Assembly: GCA_900316295.1 (NCBI GenBank)
Contig: ONCJ01000005.1
Span: 8,962 to 72,961 of the forward strand
DNA from: an uncultured Prevotella sp.
Lineage (GTDB): Bacteria; Bacteroidota; Bacteroidia; Bacteroidales; Bacteroidaceae
DNA: 64,000 nt
Reading direction: 5' to 3'
Shown: piece by piece, positions 29,701 to 38,543 of the stretch
Layout of the letters: every line of letters starts with the position of its first letter
Position numbering within the stretch: the stretch's first letter is position 1
Program-made: the position numbers and the translations under genes
Notes under the pieces: generated by a model
Databases searched by the model: none
The model's input: only the letters and a program-made list of their open reading frames with translations
Told to the model about the DNA's origin: nothing

Positions 29701-30036
29701 ATGGATTATAAGAAATCAAAAGCACCAGTAAACACTGTAACACGTGACATTATGGATCTCTGCGATGAGACCAACAATATCTATGAGAGTGTGGCAATCA
29801 TCGCAAAGCGTGCCAATCAGATCAGTGTGGAAATCAAGCAAGACCTCAGCAAGAAACTGGCTGAGTTTGCCTCATACAACGACTCTCTTGAGGAGGTCTT
29901 CGAGAATCGTGAACAGATAGAAATCTCACGCTATTACGAGAAACTGCCGAAGCCAACGTTGATGGCGACAGAGGAGTTCGTAGAGGGTGATGTTCATTGG
30001 CGTGACCCATCTCAGGATAACCAAGACAACTTCTAA
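29701..30036 (+). CDS. rpoZ: RNA polymerase omega subunit (Bacteroidota type)
   Basis: NIYESVAIIAKRANQI, ENREQIEISRYYEKLPKP; bamD-rpoZ-DUF4293 gene order. Confidence 0.88.
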   Translation: MDYKKSKAPVNTVTRDIMDLCDETNNIYESVAIIAKRANQISVEIKQDLSKKLAEFASYNDSLEEVFENREQIEISRYYEKLPKPTLMATEEFVEGDVHWRDPSQDNQDNF

Positions 30037-30042
30037 GGCGAG

Positions 30043-30486
30043 ATGATACAACGTAAGCAGTCTGTCTATCTTCTGTTGGCGTTCATTGCCTCCGTTCTGT
30101 GTTTATATCTGCCTTTAGGTAGTTTTGAACTTGCGGGTATGGGCAAGGAACCGGTACTGTACAATTTGGCAATCATCTCAGGCGATGGAGCGATGCAGTT
30201 CCGTTATTGTGTATTGTTCGTTCTGTTGTCAGCATCAGCACTCTTGTCGTTAGTCACGATATTCCTATACAAGAGTCGTAAGTTACAGATGCGACTATGC
30301 AAGGTCAATCTCCTGTTGCTTGTCCTTTGGTACGCAATGCTGATGTTTGTCGTACTGACTAATGCCAACTTCCGTCAGGAACATCAAGTCATCCTGCCAT
30401 TTGCTTCTGCCGTAATGGTATGGCTTGCCCATAGAGGTGTAGCTGCCGACGAGCGACTAGTGAAAGCAGCCGACAGGATAAGGTAG
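30043..30486 (+). CDS. DUF4293-family membrane protein
   Basis: MIQRKQSVYL, IFLYKSRKLQ, DERLVKAADRIR. Confidence 0.85.
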   Translation: MIQRKQSVYLLLAFIASVLCLYLPLGSFELAGMGKEPVLYNLAIISGDGAMQFRYCVLFVLLSASALLSLVTIFLYKSRKLQMRLCKVNLLLLVLWYAMLMFVVLTNANFRQEHQVILPFASAVMVWLAHRGVAADERLVKAADRIR

Positions 30487-30556
30487 GAGAGGTGTCGTCT
30501 CGAGTATGGTACTTTCTAAATACCGAGATTACGATATCCCGAAAACAATAACAAAC

Positions 30557-30587
30557 AAAATAAGGAGCCAGTCGGCTCCTTATTTTT
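30557..30587. terminator. Bidirectional intrinsic terminator
   Basis: AAAATAAGGAGCC-agtc-GGCTCCTTATTTT. Confidence 0.85.
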
Positions 30588-30607
30588 ATCTTGTCAAATT
30601 AATGTGA

Positions 30608-31267
30608 TTAAAGACCCAGTGCCTTCTTAGCGTCAGAAGCAGCCTTGTCTATCTGCTTGTTAGCCTTATCCTTGGCGTCGTTGACAGCCTCCTGAGCCTT
30701 TTCGTTAGCCTTTGCCTTAGCGCCTTCTACAGCTTTGTTAGCGGCATCCTTAGCAGCCTCGGGAGCGTTCTTTACAGCCTCAGCAGCCTTGTTTGCGGCA
30801 TCTGCGGCATTAGCAGCAGCATCAACACCAGCAGCCTTAACGTCGCCCAGAGCAGCTGAGAGACCACTTATCACGTCGTCGGCAGAAGTCTCTGTCAGAG
30901 CACTAACTGCAGCACCTACGGCAGCGTTGTCACCTACGAGCGCTTTCACCTTGTCAGCATTCTCCTTAAGGAAGTTTTGAACCTTAGTGAGATACTCCTT
31001 AGCGAGGTCAGGGTTCTGAGCCAGGAACTCGCCAGCTTTAGCCTTGATGCTCTCAATAGCATCCTTCAGAGCGTTGGCGTCCTTACCCTTCAGGATCTCA
31101 GTAAGATTGCTGATAGCACCATCAGCAGCCTCTTGAGCCTGCTGAGCCACAGCCTCAGTAGAGTCTACAGCTGTAGAGTCCTCACCACCAGCGTTAGCTG
31201 CTTTGTTTCCACAACTTGCAAATGTCATCGCTACGGCTGCAATAGCCAAAATAAACAATTTCTTCAT
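30608..31267 (-). CDS. Ala/Lys-rich helical lipoprotein
   Basis: Lipobox FASC; repeated AAxKA helices. Confidence 0.85.
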   Translation of the reverse strand: MKKLFILAIAAVAMTFASCGNKAANAGGEDSTAVDSTEAVAQQAQEAADGAISNLTEILKGKDANALKDAIESIKAKAGEFLAQNPDLAKEYLTKVQNFLKENADKVKALVGDNAAVGAAVSALTETSADDVISGLSAALGDVKAAGVDAAANAADAANKAAEAVKNAPEAAKDAANKAVEGAKAKANEKAQEAVNDAKDKANKQIDKAASDAKKALGL

Positions 31268-31395
31268 TTCTTTTCCTTTCTATTAAGATTAAACATGTTT
31301 ATCGGTGACAAAAATACAAAATAATGCGTAATGCGAAATTATTTTCACACTTTTTACCATTTATTCTTTGCACATAGTACTTTTGCACTTTAATT

Positions 31396-31989
31396 TCACC
31401 TTTGACCTTCGGTCGACCTCATGCTAAACTCGCATCCACAATATTGCTGGTTATAAAATCCGAACTCTTTGAGTAGTTGGTTGCGTCGGTCGGAGAGTCC
31501 GCCCTTACGCCAGTTCTGTGACCAGAAACTTACACCTTCCACCTCAGCTTCAGCCGCCCTTCCTGCATGTTCTATCTGTTCGATGCTCTTCCATCGTGAT
31601 GATGCGAGAGTTGTTGTGAAATACTTGAACCCCAGTTTTTTAGCCATCCTTGCTACAACCTTTAGTCGCATAGTGAAGCACAACTCACATCTTGGGCTCC
31701 TCTCTGGTTCGCCTTCGTGACCTCTGACACATAGTTGCCAGTCTTCGTGGTCGTAGTCACCGTCAATCCATCTGAGTCCTAAGCCCTCAGCGTGTCGTTT
31801 ACTTTCGTTCTTCCTAATCTCGTATTCCTCGCGTGGGAAGATGTTTGGGTTATAATAGAATATGGTTGGACGGATGTCGTTCTGCATCATCCACTCCACT
31901 ATGGCTGACGAACAAGGAGCACAGCATGCGTGCAGCAGCACCTCTGTGCAACCATCAGGCACATTTATCGGATTTCTTTTCTTCTTCAT
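31396..31989 (-). CDS. queH: Epoxyqueuosine reductase
   Basis: LLHACCAPCS, YNPNI.P, RCELCF.MRL, YNQQYCGCEFS. Confidence 0.93.
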   Translation of the reverse strand: MKKKRNPINVPDGCTEVLLHACCAPCSSAIVEWMMQNDIRPTIFYYNPNIFPREEYEIRKNESKRHAEGLGLRWIDGDYDHEDWQLCVRGHEGEPERSPRCELCFTMRLKVVARMAKKLGFKYFTTTLASSRWKSIEQIEHAGRAAEAEVEGVSFWSQNWRKGGLSDRRNQLLKEFGFYNQQYCGCEFSMRSTEGQR

Positions 31990-32108
31990 GTCGCAAAAGT
32001 ACGATTAAGAGAGGACAATGCAAAATGAAAACAAGTAAAAAAAAACACTACTTTTGTAATTATTTTGAATTTTTTGCGACATATATAATGTACAACAACG
32101 ATATTGAC

Positions 32109-32281
32109 ATGGCAACTAACGATTTGGAGAAGGAATTCCTTGACATGATAGAAGCTCAGAAACGAGTCATTTACAAGGTGTGCTACATCTATGCGCAAGA
32201 TGGTGACGACCTGAAGGCATACCTCTCATGCTGATTATCGTCGGTGCCGACCTTATCAGGCAGTCGATGAAATATAAATAA
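32109..32281 (+). pseudogene. Truncated ECF sigma factor (region-2 fragment), probably fused by deletion to the tail of a downstream gene
   Basis: MATNDLEKEFLDMIEAQKRVIYKVCYIYAQDGDDLK resembles an ECF sigma N-terminus and stops at 32234. Confidence 0.7.
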
Positions 32282-32383
32282 GGGTAATTCTGCCCAGCAA
32301 TACAAAGAAAAATCTTGCAGACAAAGTGAAAAAAATATGCATTATGCATTACGCATTACGCATTATTTATTACCTTTGTCCGC

Positions 32384-33211
32384 ATGAAACAAGCAATGAT
32401 TTTTGCAGCAGGGCTCGGCACCCGACTGAAACCGCTTACCGACACTATGCCGAAGGCGCTGGTCAGGGTAGGGGGCGAGCCTCTCTTGAAGCATGTCATA
32501 TTGCGACTGAAGGCGGTGGGATATACACGCATCATTGTGAATGTCCACCATTTTGCCAGTCAGATAGTCGACTATCTGCGCCAGCAAGACAACTTCGATC
32601 TGGACATTCGCATCAGTGATGAGACAGAAGCCTTGCTTGAGACCGGTGGCGGTATCAAGAAGGCCATACCGTTGTTTTCCGATGATTCACCAGTGCTAAT
32701 CCATAATGTCGATGTGCTCGACAATGTCGACTATGACTGGTTCGCACGTCAGCATCTCGACGACGAGGATGCCGTACTGCTCGTCAGCCGCCGAAAGACC
32801 AAGCGCTACCTGCTCTTCGACAATGCCATGCGTCTTATGGGATGGACCAATGTCGAGACGGGCGAGGTGAAAAGTCCGTACGACTGGATACGTACTGCGG
32901 AGATAACGGCTGTTGATTGGGAGAAGTACCAGTTGTCTTTGAGCAACAACTCCGTCCTTGCACCTCAATCCCCTCACCCCTCACCCCTAATATATAATAT
33001 GTTTGCCTTCTCCGGCATCCATTCCTTCTCGCCCCGCTTGTTCCCGTTGATGGAGCGATTCCCCGACCGTTTCCCCATCATCGATTTCTACCTCTCCACC
33101 TGCCACCGTGCCCGCATCGTTGGACTCGTCAAGGACGACCTCCGCATGCTCGATGTAGGCAAACTCGACTCGCTGGAACTGGCAGAACGGTTCTTGGAAG
33201 GTACAATTTAG
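32384..33211 (+). CDS. Sugar-phosphate nucleotidyltransferase (MurU-like NTP transferase)
   Basis: AMIFAAGLGTRLKPLT..PKAL, LETGGGI, HNVD, DVGK. Confidence 0.9.
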   Translation: MKQAMIFAAGLGTRLKPLTDTMPKALVRVGGEPLLKHVILRLKAVGYTRIIVNVHHFASQIVDYLRQQDNFDLDIRISDETEALLETGGGIKKAIPLFSDDSPVLIHNVDVLDNVDYDWFARQHLDDEDAVLLVSRRKTKRYLLFDNAMRLMGWTNVETGEVKSPYDWIRTAEITAVDWEKYQLSLSNNSVLAPQSPHPSPLIYNMFAFSGIHSFSPRLFPLMERFPDRFPIIDFYLSTCHRARIVGLVKDDLRMLDVGKLDSLELAERFLEGTI

Positions 33212-33259
33212 CAATGTACAATTTACAATTGATTTTGAAATTTTCTGATCTAAATATTT

Positions 33260-34870
33260 ATGAATAAGCAAAAGATTATCATTCTTGATTTCGGTTCGCA
33301 GACCACTCAGCTGATAGGTCGCAGGGTTCGCGAGCTCGATACGTTTTGTGAGATTTTGCCCTACAACAAGTTTCCCGTAGGCGACGAGTCGGTTATCGGA
33401 GTGATCCTCAGCGGTTCGCCCTATAGCGTCCACGACCCCGAAGCCTTCAAGGTAGACCTCAGCCAGTTTGTCGGCAAGGTGCCAGTGCTGGGAATATGCT
33501 ATGGAGCACAGTTTATCTCCTATGCCAACGGTGGCAAGGTAGAGAAGGCTGACTCACGCGAGTACGGACGTGCCAACCTGCAGACGGTGGACACGCAGAA
33601 CCCACTGTTCAAGGGCTTCGAGCAGCATTCACAGGTGTGGATGAGCCATGGCGACACCATCACCGCCATTCCCGACGGCTACGAGTGCATCGCCTCTACT
33701 GCCGACGTGAAGTTTGCAGCATATTCTAACGGTAAGGATATTTGGGCCGTACAGTTCCATCCCGAGGTGTTCCACTCGCTTCAGGGCACCCAGCTGCTCC
33801 GCAACTTCGTCGTAGACATCTGCGGCTCGCGTCAGGACTGGAGCGCCGCCTCCTTCGTCGACACCACCGTGGCAGAGCTGAAGGAGCAGATTGGCAACGA
33901 CCGCGTCATCCTTGGACTATCGGGCGGAGTTGATTCCAGCGTTGCTGCTGTACTGCTGAACAAGGCCATAGGCAACCGCCTCACCTGTATCTTCGTTGAC
34001 CACGGCATGCTGCGCAAGAACGAGTTCCAGCAGGTCATGGAGGACTACAAGGTCCTCGGTCTGAACGTTATCGGTGTCGATGCCAGCGAGAAGTTTTTCA
34101 GCGACCTTGCAGGAGTAACCGACCCCGAGCAGAAACGTAAGATTATTGGTCGCGACTTCATCGAAGTGTTCAATGCCGAGGCTCGTAAGATTACCGATGC
34201 CAAATGGCTTGCACAGGGCACCATCTATCCCGACCGCATCGAGTCGCTCAACATCACAGGAAAGGTCATTAAGAGCCACCACAACGTCGGAGGACTGCCC
34301 GAGGAGATGCACCTGCAGCTCTGCGAGCCCCTGAAGTGGCTGTTCAAGGACGAGGTGCGCCGCGTGGGCCGTCAGATGGGCATGCCCGAGCACCTCATCA
34401 CCCGTCACCCCTTCCCCGGTCCAGGACTTGCCGTGCGCATCCTTGGCGACATCACCCCCGAGAAGGTACGCGTTCTTCAGGATGCCGACGACATATACAT
34501 CCGTGGTTTGCGCGAATATAAGGTCAGACTCTCAGGCGAGGAGGCCCGCCGCGTCCTTGCCGCTGGCGTGCCAGCCCAGATGCAGGATGGCGAGATAGAG
34601 GTATCCCTCTACGACCAGATATGGCAGGCAGGCGCCGTGCTACTCTCCACCGTCCGCAGTGTCGGTGTTATGGGCGACGAGCGCACATACGAGAACCCCG
34701 TAGCCCTGCGTGCCGTCACCAGTACCGATGCCATGACCGCCGACTGGGCACACCTGCCATACGACTTCATGGCGAAGGTCTCCAACGAGATCATCAACAA
34801 GGTGCGTGGAGTCAACCGCGTATGCTATGACATCTCTTCAAAGCCACCCTCGACAATAGAGTGGGAATGA
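33260..34870 (+). CDS. guaA: GMP synthase (glutamine-hydrolysing)
   Basis: [42 protein letters not shown]. Confidence 0.98.
   Translation: MNKQKIIILDFGSQTTQLIGRRVRELDTFCEILPYNKFPVGDESVIGVILSGSPYSVHDPEAFKVDLSQFVGKVPVLGICYGAQFISYANGGKVEKADSREYGRANLQTVDTQNPLFKGFEQHSQVWMSHGDTITAIPDGYECIASTADVKFAAYSNGKDIWAVQFHPEVFHSLQGTQLLRNFVVDICGSRQDWSAASFVDTTVAELKEQIGNDRVILGLSGGVDSSVAAVLLNKAIGNRLTCIFVDHGMLRKNEFQQVMEDYKVLGLNVIGVDASEKFFSDLAGVTDPEQKRKIIGRDFIEVFNAEARKITDAKWLAQGTIYPDRIESLNITGKVIKSHHNVGGLPEEMHLQLCEPLKWLFKDEVRRVGRQMGMPEHLITRHPFPGPGLAVRILGDITPEKVRVLQDADDIYIRGLREYKVRLSGEEARRVLAAGVPAQMQDGEIEVSLYDQIWQAGAVLLSTVRSVGVMGDERTYENPVALRAVTSTDAMTADWAHLPYDFMAKVSNEIINKVRGVNRVCYDISSKPPSTIEWE
34836..34870 (+). repeat. 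attL-like direct repeat (guaA 3' end)
   Basis: CTTCAAAGCCACCCTCGACAATAGAGTGGGAATGA. Confidence 0.95.
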
Positions 34871-34920
34871 TTTTCAAGGAGATGAGGAGTAAGTAGTTGA
34901 GTAGTTGAGGAGATGAGAAC

Positions 34921-35469
34921 ATGAAGTTTTCTCCTTTTATAATAGAATTATTGCGAGAGAAGTCGGGTCATGAGATCCGACTCTCTCACGATTGTGATTT
35001 GCTGACACTCGACATAGAGTCTATGACGGGTGAGCATATTGGTGTCAACACCATGAAGCGACTGTTAGGGTTCATTGCTGACGAACGTACTCCTCGCATC
35101 TCAACACTGAATATCATCGCCCGCTATCTTGGATATGCCGACTGGGAGTCATTACGATTGGAAGATGCAGCATACAGTAATTTTGTTTTCGACAATCGTG
35201 ACGAACTGTTGGCTTGTTCTATGTTGAGAGGCCAGAAACTCTTGATAACCTATTCTCCCAATCGCAAACTGGTGATAGAGTATGTAGGTGACAACCACTT
35301 TCGGGTGATAGAGAGCGAGAATAGCAAATTATGCCAAGACGACCTGCTGACGCTCACGCATATCGTCCGCCACTATCCGTTGCTCGTCTCTGAAGTGATT
35401 AGAGAGGGCAAGAGTCTTGGCGCTTTCACGGCAGGCAAAGCGCAGGGTATCGACTTCAAACCATTATAG
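34921..35469 (+). CDS. Hypothetical protein with a probable N-terminal HTH-like domain
   Basis: IGVNTMKRLLG...PRISTLNIIARYLGY; ends 7 nt before the kinase. Confidence 0.7.
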   Translation: MKFSPFIIELLREKSGHEIRLSHDCDLLTLDIESMTGEHIGVNTMKRLLGFIADERTPRISTLNIIARYLGYADWESLRLEDAAYSNFVFDNRDELLACSMLRGQKLLITYSPNRKLVIEYVGDNHFRVIESENSKLCQDDLLTLTHIVRHYPLLVSEVIREGKSLGAFTAGKAQGIDFKPL

Positions 35470-35476
35470 CATACCC

Positions 35477-36820
35477 ATGGACAGCACTTCGTCGTTTTCC
35501 GAGAGTCAACAGATGTTTTCGCATGCCGAACGGCTGCAAGTAGGCGGCACCACCTGCGAGTGCTTTCGTGTGAAGATGTATGGCAAGTTGCACTTCTTGA
35601 AACGGCTGAAGCCTGAACTGCGTACCAATCCCCACTATGTTGCTGCCCTGCAAAAGGAGTTTGAGACAGGCTATCGCCTCGACCATCCCCACCTGGTACA
35701 CTATGCAGCCAAGACCGACGATGGCGTCTTGATGGACTATGTCGATGGTGAGACGCTCAGCCAGTTTGTAAAACATCATCCCGACTACTTCCGCAATCGC
35801 AAGAATGCCGACCGCTTCCTCCGTCAGCTGCTCAGCGTGGTGGGCTATCTGCACGAACACCAGGTAGTACACTTAGACCTGAAACCAGACAATATCCTGA
35901 TAACCCGCATAGACTATGATGTCGTGCTCGTCGACTTAGGCTATTGCTATACCGACAGCTATATCGACACGAAAGGTCGAACGGACAAATATGCCGCACC
36001 CGAACAGATAGGCGGTTCGGCAAAACCCGATGCCCGGACGGACATCTATGCCATTGGCCGCATACTGCAGACGCTACCCTGTGCCGATATATATAATAAG
36101 GTGATACGTAGGTGTACGGCAACCAATCCCTCTATGCGCTATCAGCGTGTCGCCGATATTGATGTGGCAATCAGCAGAAGGCATCCTTACTGGTTGGTCG
36201 TTGCCATCATTATGGTGTGCATAGTGTTGTCAATAGTTCTCTTTTGGCGAAATCCTTTCCAAAAGGCACTGGCTCCATCACATCAGCATAATGCCGATAA
36301 AGACTCCGTGAATACAGTCATTCCTGTTCAGTCGTCAGACATTGAGGATTCTTCGTCCCAGACGACCAAACTACCCATACCCCAAATGACCAGTAGCCAA
36401 CGGTCAGTGAGTCCTCAGCCTCAACCAGAAGCCCATTCCTCAAAGCCAGAGCCTTCTGTTCCTAACCCCCATTCAACAAAGGCGGATCTTCCAGCTGCTG
36501 ATACACCTTCCTCTTCCATTAGCTATACAGCAGTCGATGTTGCTCAGGTGCATCGTTTATTGGACGACGCCATTCGTCCCATTTACGAACAATACATGGG
36601 CTCATATCGTAATGCCGATTATTACGCTATGAATCAGTCTGAGATGAAAGCATACGATCTCCAGCATGTCGCATTCGGAGAAGCCTGTATGCGAAAATAT
36701 CAAGAATTGTGGCAGAAGAACCAGCAAAGGTTCGACAAAGAACTCTTCTCCAATGAGTTCGAGAAGGTTCGCGAGTACTACGACAGTCAGACATTCCTGC
36801 CGTCTCGTAAGAAGCAGTAA
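35477..36820 (+). CDS. Membrane-anchored Ser/Thr protein kinase
   Basis: FLKRLK, VHLDLKPDNIL, DLG, YAAPE, DIYAIG, then a TM helix and a Pro/Ser-rich linker. Confidence 0.9.
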   Translation: MDSTSSFSESQQMFSHAERLQVGGTTCECFRVKMYGKLHFLKRLKPELRTNPHYVAALQKEFETGYRLDHPHLVHYAAKTDDGVLMDYVDGETLSQFVKHHPDYFRNRKNADRFLRQLLSVVGYLHEHQVVHLDLKPDNILITRIDYDVVLVDLGYCYTDSYIDTKGRTDKYAAPEQIGGSAKPDARTDIYAIGRILQTLPCADIYNKVIRRCTATNPSMRYQRVADIDVAISRRHPYWLVVAIIMVCIVLSIVLFWRNPFQKALAPSHQHNADKDSVNTVIPVQSSDIEDSSSQTTKLPIPQMTSSQRSVSPQPQPEAHSSKPEPSVPNPHSTKADLPAADTPSSSISYTAVDVAQVHRLLDDAIRPIYEQYMGSYRNADYYAMNQSEMKAYDLQHVAFGEACMRKYQELWQKNQQRFDKELFSNEFEKVREYYDSQTFLPSRKKQ

Positions 36821-36971
36821 AGGCTCTGCCAACCTTGTTCAAGTGGATGAAATGGATGATTGCCCTTTCCAATAGTTTGTTTATCTTTGTGGCAAGTTAA
36901 ATCCTTAAAGTTCAAAAACAATGATAATGAAAAAAGTCGCTCACAAATTTGCGTTTCTGAAAAATACTTCT

Positions 36972-36979
36972 TATATTTG
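36972..36979 (+). promoter_or_regulatory. -7 promoter box TATATTTG
   Basis: TAnnTTTG consensus directly before the structured leader. Confidence 0.65.
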
Positions 36980-36982
36980 CAG

Positions 36983-37265
36983 TGCCGCATAAATAATTGC
37001 GGCAGACATAATTAGGAAGCGTTTAGCTATTCCATAATGGTGAATCTCGACAACTCACTGTAAGGAAGGAATACAGAAACGCCAACCTGAGGTTAGTATC
37101 TATGTATTAATCTACATATACTGCCTGAGGTGTGAGCGACTTTTCTTATTCTCCTTACAGGCAGTCGAGAGCCTACCATTAGAATATGTTAAGTAGGCTC
37201 ACACTTCTTTTTGTGCCTTTAACAAAGAAATCTACTAACCGCATCCGATGAGCCGAGGGATGCAG
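36983..37265 (+). ncRNA. Candidate structured RNA or cis-regulatory leader
   Basis: Nested complementary blocks forming a ~150-nt interrupted stem, plus 5' and 3' hairpins and mutually exclusive pairings (see findings). Confidence 0.55.
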
Positions 37266-37279
37266 AAATTGTTGTTGTT

Positions 37280-37507
37280 ATGGATAAGAATAGAGTTTAT
37301 TGTCTTATTAGTACAGTAAAAGATTGGTCAAACGAAAGAAAAAAAGATGCAATCTGTATTCTTGAAAGTCTTCGTGATTGTTTTTTATCAGATGAGTGCC
37401 TTTTTCAAAATGTAGAAGAAGATGGAAAAAACACTATGTCTGAAGAGATTTTAGTTGCCACTGAATTGACGGAGATAATTAACCAAATAAAAGAATCAAT
37501 TCAATAA
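37280..37507 (+). CDS. Small hypothetical protein
   Basis: 75-aa AT-rich ORF directly after the structured leader. Confidence 0.6.
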   Translation: MDKNRVYCLISTVKDWSNERKKDAICILESLRDCFLSDECLFQNVEEDGKNTMSEEILVATELTEIINQIKESIQ

Positions 37508-37528
37508 TATAATAATAATGGTACATGT

Positions 37529-37990
37529 ATGTTAGATTGGATTCAAATGGGACTGCTCGTCACCGCATTAATAACTATTGTTGTGTCTTCTTATTGGAGT
37601 GCAAAAACAATAAATGCGACTCAAAAACAGGCAAAGAGGCAATACGAATTTCAGTTTTTTGCAGAATATACGAAACGCTATCAAGATCTTATGTTGAAAA
37701 TGCCAGCTGATTTGGATACGTCTTCTGTTTTCAATATAGATGTTGACATTTATATGCGTCTATATTTTGACTTGTGTAGTGAAGAATACTACTTACACAC
37801 AAAAGGTGTTATTGATGATGTCGTTTGGGGACTATGGACTGAAGGTATTCAGATGGCTTTGAAAAAGAATAATTATAGAATAGCGTGGGAGTTGTTGGGA
37901 GAAAACTATAATGACACTTCTTTTAGAAGCTATATGAGTAATTTGATAAGAAAGAATGAACGTTACTCGAAGAATACACATAACGTCTAA
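37529..37990 (+). CDS. Single-TM hypothetical protein (DUF4760-like)
   Basis: N-terminal TM helix, EYTKRYQDL, YFDLCSEEYYL...GVID..VW..W. Confidence 0.7.
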   Translation: MLDWIQMGLLVTALITIVVSSYWSAKTINATQKQAKRQYEFQFFAEYTKRYQDLMLKMPADLDTSSVFNIDVDIYMRLYFDLCSEEYYLHTKGVIDDVVWGLWTEGIQMALKKNNYRIAWELLGENYNDTSFRSYMSNLIRKNERYSKNTHNV

Positions 37991-38003
37991 AACATTTAAA
38001 GAA

Positions 38004-38525
38004 ATGATTAAAAGAAAGCATATAGTTACAATGTTCACCATCCTCCTGAGCCTGGTGAGCGCCACAGGCTTCGCCTCGAGCCCAGACGGCGGTGACAACC
38101 TCTTCGTCTGGTCGAAAGGCAGTACAAAAGCTGTAGTCTATTCGTTAGACGACCTTGACAAACTGACGTTTGAAGACAACGTGCTAGGCATCTGGAAGAA
38201 CAACGTCAAGACCAGCTATGAATATGGCACCATCTCTCTTCTGACCTTCAGTGAGCGGATGTATCCCACAGCGATAGAAGAAGTGACCGTTGCTACCGAC
38301 GGCGATGTTCAGATTCGCTATGACAGGTCAGTCCAACAAGTCAGTGCAGAGAGTCCAAGGCCACTGTCGGCCATACTGGTCTTCGACCTTCAAGGCAGGA
38401 TGGTGACCTCCGTCAAGGAAAACGGCAGCCGCCTGCAACTCTCCTTGACCACCTTGCCGAAGGGAATCTATGTTGTTAAGGCACAAGGTGCCGGTATTGG
38501 CAAGAGCATAAAAATCATCAAGTAA
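38004..38525 (+). CDS. Small secreted protein with a T9SS type-A C-terminal sorting domain
   Basis: Signal peptide; tail VFDLQGRMV...LPKGIYVVK...KIIK. Confidence 0.85.
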   Translation: MIKRKHIVTMFTILLSLVSATGFASSPDGGDNLFVWSKGSTKAVVYSLDDLDKLTFEDNVLGIWKNNVKTSYEYGTISLLTFSERMYPTAIEEVTVATDGDVQIRYDRSVQQVSAESPRPLSAILVFDLQGRMVTSVKENGSRLQLSLTTLPKGIYVVKAQGAGIGKSIKIIK

Positions 38526-38543
38526 AAGCAGGAGGACGTCACA

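Noticed and set aside
34500-34610. Extra segment in GuaA ([29 protein letters not shown]) as an intein or mobile insertion
   Set aside because: Too short, with no intein motifs and no palindrome or flanking duplication; likely a lineage-specific loop.
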